DNA of 64,000 nt from Podarcis erhardii. Lineage: Eukaryota. The DNA is taken from NCBI GenBank assembly GCA_964252035.1, contig OZ176207.1; one strand, 5' to 3'. How positions within the stretch are numbered: the first letter of the stretch is position 1; the number at the start of each line of letters is the position of its first letter. The position numbers and the translations under genes were made by a program. The notes under the pieces were generated by a model that saw only the letters and a program-made list of their open reading frames with translations, had not been told where the DNA came from and did not search any database. Below, piece by piece: positions 13,016 through 25,215 of the stretch.

Positions 13016-14950
13016 AGAGGTCACATGCTGCCAGTCATCTACCCCCATCTAATTTTAGCTTCCAGACCAAGGGCAGCTCCACATGGAACACATTGCAGCA
13101 ATCAAATGTCAAGATTAACAATGCATGTACTACAGTGGCCAAAATTATTCTGATCCAGATATAGTGGTAGCAGACATACCCAACAAAGCTGGTAAAAGGC
13201 ATGCCAGCCACAGAGGTCACTTGGGTCTGGAATGATAAAGATTTACCCGGGAATAATCCCCAAGCTACGTACTTCCTCCTTTGGAGGAAGTGCAACCCTG
13301 TCTAAAAAAGGCAACTGTCCTATCCTCTGGACACTGAAACCACCTACCTATAATGCCTCTGTCTTTCCAGAATTCAAATGCTGTTTATTTGTCCTCATCC
13401 AGACCACCACTGCATTAAAAGCAAAGGTCCAGGGCTTCAACAGCCTCTCCCGATTCAGATGTTATAGAGGAAAAAAGCAGTGTAGTGCTAGCACCATACT
13501 CCAAAACTCCTAATGGCATCTTCAGATGTTAAATAGTTGAGGACAAAACGGTGCCCCCATGGAGCCCCACAGCACAACTGCCAGAAGATTGAAGAGCAGT
13601 GCCCCAATGTTACTCTCAGGACTTTACCACACAACTAGAAATGGAACCTTTGTAAAGAAGGAATTTGATGTTGCACTGTTACAAATGTTCTGTCAGTGTA
13701 AGCATTTCTCCTTCCTCAACAGAACAATCTCTCTTCTCCTCCTACCTGGTTTTTGGGTGGGTTTTTTTTTTTTGGTGGGGGTTCTCCTGAGTTCCACCTA
13801 AGTCATGGGGGGGGGGGCGTGGAGAGCAGGAGACAGGACAGCCCCTTTGCCCTAGTGTAAGTCCTTGCATAGTAGCAGGACCATTAGCTGAATCCAGCCC
13901 AGTATCTCAGATAACCAGGCCACACAGCTGATCTAGGAGGATACCAGGATCAACGGTATGAAAGGCCTCTGGGAAACTAAGAGTAACGGGATCACAATCT
14001 GCCTGTCCCTCTCAATAAAGGTCATCCGCCAGGGCTGATTCAGTGCCCTAATCAGGCCTAAAACCAGACTGAAGTGGATTCAGATAATCAGCGACATCCA
14101 GGAACACTTGGAAGTTGCTCCACCACCTTCCCCGCAAAAGGGACACTGATGGCTGACCAGTAGTGGGTCCAGGATAGGTTTTTAAAGGAGTAATTGCACT
14201 ACCCCCCTCTTTAAGAGCAGCTGGGACCACCCCATCATGCAGTGATGCGTTCATAACATCCTGGACCCATGTAGTCACCCCAAATTCTAGCTAGCTTTGA
14301 CCAGCCACAGTCTAGAGTGCATGTGGTCAAAGGCATTGCTGTAAGTATCCTGGCTACATCATCAGGCAACATCAACTGAAAATGATCCAGGTGTAGCACT
14401 GGACATCATTATTGGATAGTGGCATCCAAGTCAAGACAAAGACTTTGTCTTTAAAGGGTATTGCAAACTACTTGCAGATATGATTTCATGGATCTGCTCT
14501 CGAATCCAGGGTAACAAGTCTCTGGACCTGCTAGCTGACTCCTTGAGGGAGCAATGGATGCAGTACAATAGGATTATGTCTCCTAACGAGTGTTTAGCCA
14601 GTTTGAAAGCAAGATTTCATCACTTTCCATCTCATCAACTGCAGCTCTTGGGAATATGAGCGAGCAATGTGATCTCCACAGCACTGAAGACCAGGTTTGG
14701 GAATGATCATGTCAGCAGCCCTTCTTGTCTCACTGCTCCACAGCAAAACAAGAACCTCAACAAAATCACCGACTTTTTACACTGGGAAATCCTCCAGAGC
14801 CATTAGAGTCCATCACCCTCAGAGCAGACAATCTGAACTGGTCCTCCACTCTTGCAGGCATGAATAGCAGTTACAATAACAAACTTCACCAGGAAGTGGT
14901 CTGACCATGACCATTCCCCACCTGAAGACCAAAACATGTTGAGGGTATGT
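12580..14950 (-). mobile_element. Degraded L2-type LINE; boundaries approximate
   Basis: ORF 14048..14278 gives NASLHDGVVPAALKE...LNPLQSGFRPD (RT N-terminus); 3' region resembles the L2 at 1175-2960. Confidence 0.7.
12933..13015. repeat. Compound microsatellite (GATAT-like)n + (ATCT)~11
   Basis: Direct reading. Confidence 0.95.
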
Positions 14951-15377
14951 CCCGCTCTGTGTCAGGATCATGACCATTTGAGGCAGTTCCACAATTAATA
15001 TGGAGAAAGTGAGTAAGTACAACTAGGTAGCAATTATATCCTGGGAATCAGCGGATATAAACATTGTTTTAGGCAGGCGAAATTGCTTCTTCAAATGTAA
15101 ACTACAAACTTTACAGTTCACATCAATTCCTAATGCAAGCTTTCTCAACCTGGTGCCCTCCAAATGTTTTGAACCACTGCCCTCCATCAATCATAATAGC
15201 TGGGGGCAGCTGTCAGAAACACACAGTGGGCACTAGGTTGGGGAAGGTTGTCATAAGGCAAACAGCAACAGGAAAACAGAAAGAGAGGAAATTTCATTCA
15301 TTCTAAGATAAAAGATAGGAAAAACCATCAAGTTGACTTTTTCAGATTTAAATTTTGTGAAACATCAATGAACTTAC

Positions 15378-15540
15378 TTTACGAAATGCAGACATAAGGG
15401 GAGTAATTTTTCTGTTATCTGCACCATCCACATCAGCTCCTGCCTGCACAAGCAGCTGAACTACATCAAGGTGGCCACCATTAGCTGCAAGCCAGAGCGG
15501 TGTGTTCCCTTTCTTGTTGCGAACATCAATATGTGCCCCC
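15378..15540 (-). CDS. ANKHD1: ANKHD1 exon ~22 (GAHIDVRNKKGNTPLWLAANGG...LMSAFRK), 163 nt
   Basis: ctttcag|G acceptor, AAA|gtaagt donor. Confidence 0.96.
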
Positions 15541-16536
15541 CTGAAAGGAATTAGAATTAAATTCAAGCTGGCAAAAAAACCCAGGCAGAAATTGAAACTA
15601 CATTTCAGTTCACAAACACTGGTTATATGGAAGCTGCTAAGAACTTCAGAATGTCATCCATGCTCTTGAGGTATGTGCTATAAAGACTAAACTGAAATTT
15701 AGAATTCCAAAAAGGGGGCCTGCAACAAAATTTTAAGGTCTGAGTTTCCAATCATCCCATCCTTTTCCTAACATGTTAGCACTATGTCAACTGGAACATG
15801 CAAAGTGGCTTTTTTCTCTGCAAGTTTTTGTTTTTTATTTCTGCAAACCTTGCCAAGCATGCTGATACTTCCCTCTTATGCATGGGAATGAATTGACTTT
15901 ACTATCTTACAAGTGGGGTCTCACAACTAAGTGCTGCGGTGTTATCATGGGTGCATATATTATGTGAACTTGTGGCTGAGGAAGTGGAAAACACAAAAGT
16001 GAGCATCAAAGACAGGAGTTTCTGGTCTGACTTAATGTGTAAAATACATATTTTTAGTTACAATTTTTTTAGTTACAGTCTGCATGAAAATCAATAGAGC
16101 AATGGTCTTTGTAAATGCAACTCAGTGCTTGATGTGGCCCAAAGGAAAGTCTAAAGGGGCAGTTTTAGAATAGTGATCACCCCTGATTGGCAATATCAAC
16201 AGTGAATTATACTGCAGGGTTGTTGCATGCTACTTTCTGAACCCAGCTTGCAATGTGGGGATATGTGCAATGGATAACAGTGCAGGGTTTGTACTCTGGT
16301 TCAGTCCAACCAGTAAAGCGTGTTAAATACACTGCAGGGCTGCTATATTCTCCCCATCACAAGCCCTGTCAATCTGCAATATGGAGAATGAACTTCATTT
16401 GAGATGGTTCTCTGCACCTCTTAACATCTGTCTCTCTCCTACAATCCATCCCAGTTGCTCCACTCTGTTCCCCCTCCCACCCAGTTGGCAATTCCCCCTT
16501 CACTCAAATAGCCCAGTTTGTAGATTACAGTAGACA

Positions 16537-16671
16537 CAGGAATGGGAACCTGCACACATCCAAATGTCATTGGACTAAACTCCCATCAACCACAGTCAGA
16601 ATGACCAATGGCCAGAGATGATGGGAGTTGCAGAATTTAACATCTGGAGGGTCACACCTTCCTCACCCCTT
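16537..16671. mobile_element. Old palindromic hAT-type MITE
   Basis: cagg...aacctg and ccttcctcacccct ends; internal actcccatca/tgatgggagt inverted pair. Confidence 0.6.
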
Positions 16672-17148
16672 TAGTAAGCCATAGTCAATGGTTTACTCCA
16701 AACATGATGATTGCAACATTTTCACACAGCCCCTCTAGCTAGCAGGAGCAACAAACCAGGTTTAGCATTATGTCCAACACCAGGTAGTTTGCTTCATTCA
16801 AACAAATCATGACTGGTAAGCCTGGCTTAACTTTGTGGTTTGTTAGGAGCAGAACTTTAGTGTATTACAATGCTAAGTTCCACTAGTTAGAGGGAAGGAG
16901 TGAAGCAGGAGCCTTCTGCAGTCACATGGTAAACCATTAACTATGGTTTACTGTGATGTGTGAATGCTGCCAGTCTCAACGTTCTATGCCATTGAATTTC
17001 TAAGGAACTATTTCAGTTTTTGCTCCTCCCTGTGGCTTTTTTATATAGTGCTGCAAAACCACCAGGTTCTTCTGAGTCTGCTGTTACCTACTTCTGTATG
17101 TGGGTACTCTAGTCATTACAGTTATTCATGTAAAAAAAAATGACATAC

Positions 17149-17324
17149 CGATTAATCAGGAGCTCACAAAACTTGTAGTGGCCTTTATCTGCTGCAATTG
17201 TTAAAGCAGTATCTCTTGAGGAAGGCACAGGAGGAGCATTGACATCTGCTCCTTTATCAAGAAGAACTCTTCCAACTTCAGCATAACCTCCAGAAGCAGC
17301 TTCCATCAGAGGGGTGAGCCCAGT
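17149..17324 (-). CDS. ANKHD1: ANKHD1 exon ~21 (TGLTPLMEAASGGY...FCELLINR), 176 nt
   Basis: aacag|ACT acceptor, CG|gtatgt donor. Confidence 0.96.
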
Positions 17325-18941
17325 CTGTTTAAAAGAATGTTTGAAATAGAGTCTATATAAAGCAGTTCTAAACATAGTCTAGAAATAGTTGCCAACCTCT
17401 TTCACTATGTAAGGACCCCAATGCATGCAAGACCTATCAACATGACTCAGGGTAGCTAGAGTCACACACAATGGATTCACAAGTCAAAAAAAAAGCTGTA
17501 AGGTCTTGGGACTACTATGTTCAGGTCAGTAGAAGCATCTGTACAGCATAAATGTTCACTTTAATGGATGTCACATCAAAATACAATGCTTTGCTTTAGT
17601 ACAGAACTTTGCTGCCTTGAACACTGCACACTTGAATAATTTGAACAAAAGTACCTCATCACTTATTTACTAGCATGATATTCAGAATGTTAATATTAAT
17701 CTGCTCACCACAATATTTAAGACTTTGCAGTTTGCATTTTCTTTGGCTAGTGTTTGGGCTTTTGTTTCCTGCTTCTCTCCAATACACCTGCACGGCTCCT
17801 CCTGCAGAGGTTCCCACAGGGCTACAGTTCAGGAACTAAACTGAGTCAAAGCTAATGTATTTCTTTAATCTTCAATTTACCTCAAGGTTTCTGCACTTTT
17901 AGTCAATAAGGGAAGAGAAGTGGTCTTCACCACTACTGGCATGCACCTTCTGTCAGGTTGTCCAAATGGGAATGTGGCCCTCGAATTGCAAAGAATCCCC
18001 ATCCCTTTCTTCTTTTCTCTCCCCTTATTGACAGGAAGTGAGGAACGATCAATGAGGAACTTTTTTCGATTTGAAAGCTGCATTCCTTTGTGTGAAGAAT
18101 AAAGCCACAACCACCCAATATATCCTACACACACTGCAGCAAACTGCCCATGGGAAAATAACAATCTTTTACTCTTTGGACAGCTCGTAATATCTTCCAC
18201 CACCACTCTCTTGTTGCTTGGCCGGAGAAACTGGGACATGAAGTAGGCAGACTCTGGAAGAAGAGGCTGGTGGGGCAGATGAGGAGGCCCCAGTTTGCTT
18301 CTGGTCTATAGGCCAGAGGTTCCTCACTCCTATTGTAAACTGGTAGTCTTAATCCTTTTCAGATCCAGAATTCATCTTTAACACCCACCTCCAATATAGG
18401 AGCCACTCAATTTTTTCACTGTTCATCTTTTGCCTTTTCTCTCTAGGACCACCAGCAAAAAAAGAGGCTATTGCAACAGTGAGTGCCTCTCTACTTTACA
18501 GTTACAATCTATTATGCAACAGCAAGAAAAAACCAGCTGCCAAAATTCCCTATTCCACACAAAAGTATGTAAGTTTCATATCTGCTTCAATTTTCTCTTC
18601 ACTCTAATTTAATATCAAAACAAGTGGTGTGGTGCATTTTAGGCTGCAATCCACCTTAGCTTGCATAGTTGCAACCCACTATGTGAAAACCAGTATGATA
18701 ACCAGTAAGGTATCTTACCATCAGGTGTAGCTTTTGAGGCAATGTTAGCCATGAGGTGGTATCATGAATAATGGTACGTTTACTAAAGTAAAAGCAATAA
18801 AGCCTTCCAATACTCAGTGATGGACAAGATAAGTTGGCTTGATTTCAAATTACTGAAATAGTTAAAACCGGAAACTAAGTCTATTGCCAAAACCATTTTT
18901 ACCACAAGTCTATTTGAGAAGAAAGCTATCTGCAGGCTCAC

Positions 18942-19155
18942 CTTTGCCCTATGTTCAACATTGGCTTTTCTGTCCAAGAGCAGGCTGACCACCTCTGCTC
19001 TGCCCTGGAAACAGGCCAAAGTGAGCGCTGTATTCCGATTGGTCTCAATCTGAGCATTTATATCAGAGCCCATATCAAGCAACAGCTTCACTGCAGGAAC
19101 ATGGCCATTCATAGCCGCCAACATCAGAGGAGAAATGCCTAGTTTACTCCCAGTC
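18942..19155 (-). CDS. ANKHD1: ANKHD1 exon ~20 (TGSKLGISPLMLAAMNGH...NVEHRAK), 214 nt
   Basis: ctctag|G acceptor, AAG|gtgagc donor. Confidence 0.96.
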
Positions 19156-19600
19156 CTAGAGGGAAGAGATAATTAATACAACCACCAGAACAAAAGAACC
19201 TGGACAAATGTACAGAAAACAAGCCCCCCCCCCCCCCCGGAAGAATAGACACAGGTTTACAGAGAAATGGAAGAGAAACCTAACTGACAAAAGCAGACCA
19301 GAGCAGACTAAAGCAGACTGGTCTCAGTTGATACCACCATTTTACATGCTAAAAACACTAGCAGGAATTTGAGGGGGGAAATCTACTAACAAAGTATGTG
19401 AGCTTTTAATATATATAAAAAATAGACATCAATAAATTGCACATTAGTTACGAGGAGCCCGTATTATGAGAGTTTAATACAACTGAATAGGATCAAAATA
19501 GATCAGTTGACTTAGACATCCCCTTTATTCCTCCTCCCAAGATAGAACCAGAAGTGGCAAATGCAGCATGCCACAGAGCCCAATAAACACAGCCTGTTAC

Positions 19601-19743
19601 CTTGAATTAATTTCCGCTCCAGCATTAAGCAGGATCTTAATAATATTAACATATCCCCCAGATGCGGCAAGACTAAGAGGTGTATAATCAGACACATTCC
19701 TGTGTTCTTTATTTGCTCCTCGTGCCAGCAGTAAGTCAACAAC
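19601..19743 (-). CDS. ANKHD1: ANKHD1 exon ~19 (VVDLLLARGANKEHRNVSDYTPLSLAASGG...AEINSR), 143 nt
   Basis: ctttcag|GTT acceptor, AG|gtaaca donor. Confidence 0.95.
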
Positions 19744-20030
19744 CTGAAAGGTACAATATTAGCAGGATCAGAGGATAACAACACTCTGGCACTGGGTGGA
19801 ATTCGCAAACAGCCAAACTGTTAAATCTATAAATAGCTAGAATACAAAATGGCAAGTCAGGGAACCAAGGTTCTCTTTTAATCCTTTCTTTTCCTCAATG
19901 GTTATACAAAGAACCAGTTGCCAATTGTCATTAGTGTATAGAGAGATTATGGCAGCAGAGCACTCCTCAAAATTAGTTTCACTAGTTTGTACGTTTTTAA
20001 TGGTACTGAGAATCCTACAATAGTCTATAT

Positions 20031-20161
20031 CAAGGTTTCCCAAAGTTGGGTCTCCAGATGTTTTGGGACTACAATTCCCACCATCTCTAATGACTGGTTT
20101 GCTATCTAGGGATGATGGGAGTTGTAGTCAACAGCTGGAGACCAAAGTTTGGGAAACCCTG
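20031..20161. mobile_element. Palindromic hAT-type MITE
   Basis: TIRs caaggtttccc...gggaaaccctg; 8-bp TSD gtctatat/ctctatat (7/8). Confidence 0.8.
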
Positions 20162-20799
20162 CTCTATATACAAAAAATCCACAGAACAGGTCGCTTACCA
20201 TGAAGGCTCTTTCTGGTTTGATGTAGAGGCATCCAGAATGGGCTGTCTTGTTGTACTGCCCAGGACACAGAGTACTTATGTCACCTGAAATTGTGTGGCT
20301 CCAGACTCTTCTCCACTTTCCTGCCTTGACCAGGAACAGAGCCCTCTATTCTAGCTTCCCTCTCTTTCATTCCTGCAACAGGCTTCTAGGACTTCAAGAA
20401 TTTCAAAATCGTGGCAAGTGTGTGATCAATGGAAATGTAACATTTGTAAAAGTCTCTAGATTGCATTGTGAGGCTTGAAAGCAGCAAAGTACTGATTCTT
20501 TTTCCCCTGCAGATCCCAACATGCCCTTTTTAGTCTGATTGCATGGAGGAAATTTTCCTTCTTACAGAGTGCCATAGTTTTCTTTTTCCTTTTCAAATGG
20601 ATCTTGGAGAAGGCAACAAAAAGGTACTAGTAACAAGAACTGAAAAAGGTAAAGCTGGTGAAGGTGTAGAAGCTACTGAAGTCACAAAAGGTGTTGCAGA
20701 AGTGAGAGAAAGGACATGGAAGATTCAGCTCTGTTCCTGGGCAAGCAGGCTGAAGAGTAAAATCTCTCTTGGACTCAGATCTGGTATACAGTTACAGGT

Positions 20800-21146
20800 A
20801 GGATGTGGGTGGTGTTGTGGTCTAAACCACCGAGCCTCTTGGGCTTGCCAATCATAAGGTCGACAGTTCAAATCTGTGCGACAGGGTAAGCTCACGCTCC
20901 TGCCAACCTAGCAGTTCGAAAGCATACCAGCATGAGTAGATAAAGAGGTACCACGGCGGCAGGTAAACAGCATTTCCATGCACTCTGGAACTTGTCAAGG
21001 TGTTCCGTGCACCAAAAGTGGTTTAGTCATGCTGGGCACATGACCCAGAAAAGCTGCCTGTGGACAAACACCAGCTCCCTCTGCTTTAAAATGAAGATGA
21101 GCACCACACTCCATAGATGACTTCGACCCAGGAGTCCTTTACCTTT
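20800..21146 (+). mobile_element. Full-length Sauria-type SINE
   Basis: tRNA-like head (ggtggtgttgtggtctaaaccac...), acctttac tail, 13-bp TSD tacagttacaggt (20787-20799 and 21147-21159). Confidence 0.8.
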
Positions 21147-21499
21147 TACAGTTACAGGTTGCATGATACCTGCCCATCCTGAGCAGTATGGGGAGTATGG
21201 ACAGTCCAACTTGGATGCCTTTTTCACACCAGAGTAGATTTTGAAGAATCTTGTTTGCCTGACTGACAAAATCAAATCTATCAAGAGCCATTTTAAAGGA
21301 TGTTTGTAGGAAACAAATTTCTACTACTGGCAATCCACAAATTAAAAAATTAAACATGTTCAATACAATATGTATTGTATAAACTAAAATATACCAAAAA
21401 AAAAATGTTTCAGGGAGCAAGGGGACATATCAGGCTGCTACATGCATGCTCTCTTCTCCTAACTTAAGACTAAAGAATATGATAGAGTATAACATTTAC

Positions 21500-21645
21500 C
21501 TCTTGGCGTCCACCAGAGCATGCTAATGAAAGTGGAGTGTCCTTAGTACGTTCAGATTGTGCTTCTATATCTCCACCCTTGTCTAGAAGGATCTCTACAA
21601 CACCAACATGTCCAGCAGTTGCAGCTAAAATTAGCGGTGTAAATC
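21500..21645 (-). CDS. ANKHD1: ANKHD1 exon ~18 (GFTPLILAATAGHVGVVEILLDKGG...SGGRQE), 146 nt
   Basis: attag|GA acceptor, GAG|gtaaat donor. Confidence 0.95.
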
Positions 21646-22028
21646 CTAATAGAGATTATTATATTAGAAGCCATTTTCGAACGAGAGGCAAAGAGGTAGA
21701 AAGAAAAGTTGTGTATTAAAACCAATAATTCACAATAAATATTGGCAATGGAAATCACTGAACAGTCAGTGTTTGAGTTTGTGATAAAGCACTTGTGGGG
21801 GGGGGGCAAAAAGCTGACAAGAAGCCTCTGCTAAAAAAAACATATCCTCCATTCTCAGTTAATGCTCAAAGTTCCATATAACAAACATTAAATTCCCCCC
21901 CAAACTGTTTCAAAGCAGTTTTTCTTCTATGAGCTAGAAAGTTATGAAAAGTAATGGAATGTCCAATATCCATGCATCATCAAGCCCTGGAAAAAATACC
22001 AACAAACAGCAGCACTTCAGTAGCTTAC

Positions 22029-22140
22029 CCTTCTTGTCTCTGTGTTCTATACTGGCACCACGTGCTATCAATACAGAGACGAGCTCTTCGTGACCACCAG
22101 CACATGCAAGAGTCAGCGCAGTATCGTGGTTACTCTCCGT
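22029..22140 (-). CDS. ANKHD1: ANKHD1 exon ~17 (TESNHDTALTLACAGGHEELVSVLIARGASIEHRDKKG), 112 nt; start of ankyrin cluster 2
   Basis: taag|ACG acceptor, G|gtaagc donor. Confidence 0.95.
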
Positions 22141-22258
22141 CTTAACAGTAGAAAGGATATGTTAGGTTTACTACATACACGCCTTATTACTACTCTGTTA
22201 TATAACAGAAACAACTAATATAACAAAAACAGCTTTATAACTTATCTACATTACTCAC

Positions 22259-22389
22259 GTGGGCATCAATGTCAACTGAAGGATACGTGGGGAGCACAGA
22301 TTGAGAAGTGACACTGAGTGTTTGTGAACAAGGTTCAGGTGTAGGCGATTCTGTAGAATTGGAGCCAGTAGGCACTCTGCTATTAACAG
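22259..22389 (-). CDS. ANKHD1: ANKHD1 exon ~16 (AVNSRVPTGSNSTES...YPSVDIDAH), 131 nt
   Basis: ttttttccag|CT acceptor, CAC|gtgagt donor. Confidence 0.95.
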
Positions 22390-23433
22390 CTGGAAAAAAG
22401 GATAACATTTAACATCACTTGCATAAAGAGCTCCTTTCCCAGAGAAATCATGTCTTATTAATTACTAAACCTGTTATAGAATAATGAACTAACAGGGAAA
22501 TGCAAAATTGTACCCCAATCCCAGAAACACTTAGGATAGATTTTCACTTTAAATTTTGTACTCTGGTGTGTGGGTAGGTGTGTATGTATACACACTCACA
22601 CCCTAAAGAGTGTGAAGGGCACACATATAAGATCTGAAGCATACCCCTTTAAAATATTTGGAAGCAGGCATAGGAAAAGATCTCTCCTCATCCCCCAAAA
22701 TCAAGACAGGCATCATATTTTACATGTGTAATCTCCTTCAAACTTGATGGACTACGCTGGTATGACAGACTTTAGCATCAATATGCTATGGTTCTATCTG
22801 ACTTTCCAGCTACACTCCTGAAGCCGCACAATAATAAAATACAACATGTAAAGAACTGACTCACAGATACCCAGTTTCAGTGAATTTTGATTCTAAGTAA
22901 GCAAGCTCAGCAAAAATTAATTGCAAACCTGCATTGGGTAACTCAAGGTCCTACTATTATAGAAAAAAATCTCTACACATTTTTTCTGAAACATGCACAC
23001 TTTGACACTATTACACCCCTCCCTATATTTGCATTTATTCTAAATTAAGCCTTAAGTATTGTAACCTTTACTTGCAGGAGCTGCTCTGGCTCCTTGATCA
23101 TGACCAGAACTGCACATAGTATTCAAAGTGTGATTGTACCATAGATTTATATAAAGACATTACACTATCAGAAGTTTTAGTTTAAGGCATTTCCCTAAAG
23201 GATTCCAGCTGCCACATATTAGGTTAACATTTTCATTGAGCTATCCACCAAAATCAGCTATTGAATGCTCAGACTCCATTAGGAGTTATGATTTTTCACT
23301 CCAACTTGCACAATTTTGCAGAATTTGTCACTGTAATACCTATTCACCCACTTTGGAGAGCTCCTTTTGGAGCTCTTCACAATCCCTTTTCATTTTTACT
23401 ACACTGAAAAATTTGGTGTCATTAGAAAATTTG

Positions 23434-23641
23434 AGTTACAGATAGGTAGCCGTGTTGGTCTGCCATAGTCAAAACAAAACAAATTCCTTCCAGTAGCACC
23501 TTAAAGACCAACTAAGTCAGTTCTTGGTATGAGCTTTCGTGTGCATGCACACTTCTTCAGATACATGTGTATCAGTGTGCATGCACACGAAAGCTCATAC
23601 CAAGAACTGACTTAGTTGGTCTTTAAGGTGCTACTGGAAGG
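23434..23641. mobile_element. Penelope-like element pseudo-LTR fragment in inverted configuration
   Basis: ~69-bp inverted arms (23485-23553 / 23574-23642); 13-bp TSD attagaaaatttg; hammerhead motif. Confidence 0.75.
23527..23564 (-). ncRNA. Minimal type I hammerhead ribozyme motif on the pre-mRNA strand
   Basis: GUAU-CUGAAGA-A-GUGUG(CAUG)CACAC-GAAA-G-CUC-AUAC: catalytic core, 5-bp stem II, 4-bp stem I, palindromic AGCU stem III. Confidence 0.65.
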
Positions 23642-23792
23642 ATTAGAAAATTTGGTCACCTCAACTCCAGGTGATTTATGAACAATTTAAAAAGCACCAA
23701 TCCTAATATAAATCATTTGGCAATGGCCATTCCTCACTTTCTCCTTTGTGAGAACTGTCCAGTTATTCCTAATTCTCTGCTTCCTGCCCTGT

Positions 23793-23894
23793 TATTTGTA
23801 TATATTTTATTTGTATATATTGCTTGTTTTATGTTGCTATGGCCGTTGGCTAATGTGAATAAAGTTTATCTTATCTTATCTTATCTTATCTTAT
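23793..23894 (+). mobile_element. 5'-truncated non-LTR retroelement 3' end with AATAAA and (TCTTA)n tail
   Basis: 13-bp TSD cttcctgccctgt (23780-23792 and 23895-23907). Confidence 0.75.
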
Positions 23895-24849
23895 CTTCCT
23901 GCCCTGTAACTAGTTAATCTTATCCTGTAACTTCTAAGCTTATTCAACGAATTTTGGTGAAGGACTTTTATAAAAAGCTTTTTCAATGTATACAATATTG
24001 ACTGGATCACCCCATCTACATATTCAAAGGCATTCTAAAGTAACTAAGATATGACTGCTGTTGAGATTTGTGATTGTATCCAAGTGCTGCAGAATCCCAT
24101 CATGAGACATTTTCTAGACTGTTAAACCTTTTACATATAAGCAGGTGACACTTTCACAATTTACATTTTGTGGCTTAAAGCTAACTAGGCCAGATTATTT
24201 TGTTTTACAGGAAATAAGATGTATGAAACAATACTTAACCATCAAATAGTACTAAAATTGTTATGTCAACTGCTTATAAAAAACTACTGCTATGAAAACA
24301 TTACATTTAAGATTAAAATTCCCATCTGCTGAATGGTCATTACACACTGGGTTAGATCCACACTATTCACACACAGAACACCATGCTGGAGGAAAGTGGG
24401 TAAGAAATTTTCACCGATTCCCTAATTCTCTTGTTCTGGAGTGGTGTTTGAAATTCCCTGGGTGCCAGGTGCATTTTGCTGCTGAAACAAGTCCAACTGC
24501 AACCACATGGAGATTTCTGGGTGCCATGTTGGCAACTGACATTTCCATCGAGCCAGCTGACTCATGTGCGGCAAAAGATGCATGTCATGTGCTTCTGTGC
24601 TGCCGTGCAAATCATGGACCCCTTGCTGGGCATCTTAGTCCTTTATCATCACATCAAAAAAATTAAGTGTGTAGCTCAGTACAGATATATTTGACTGTAC
24701 TGCAGCCTTTCCACAGGCCACCCAAATGGAACTCACAGACTACAGTTTTAAAACCTCTGCCTTAGTCCACAGTTAATACTATTTCCAGTTTCTTGCATAC
24801 TGGCAGTGTTAGAAAATCAATATAAGCTAGGAGTCAAATGGCTCCTTTA

Positions 24850-25215
24850 ACAAGGGTCACAGTCGCCAAAATGGAATGCCTAGTTGCCATTTTTGGACCA
24901 GATGGCTTGAAAGTCTTATTTTTCAAAACAAATTTTTGGTTCCTGAAATTCATTCTGATGGTACCTGACGTCTCCAACCATCTGGAGGTGCATGCCTGGG
25001 GATTCTTGGATCCTGACTGTTTCCATACACTAGCAACACAATCTGTATAATTCTATCTGCTATATTTTATCTGCACAGTCAGGATCCAAGAATCCCCAGG
25101 CATGCACCTCCAGATGGTTGGAGAGATCAGGTACCGTCCTGGCGCCTAGGCATCTTCACTTGGCGCAAGTGGCTGATAGCCAAGTGCAAAATGTGCCAGG
25201 CGAATTTCGAACGCT
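24850..25215. mobile_element. Interspersed repeat (family not identified) with internal inverted duplication; second copy inverted at ~61130-61370
   Basis: Shared blocks aatggaatgcctagttgccattttt, ggttcctgaaattcatt and cctaggcatcttcacttgg in both copies. Confidence 0.7.
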
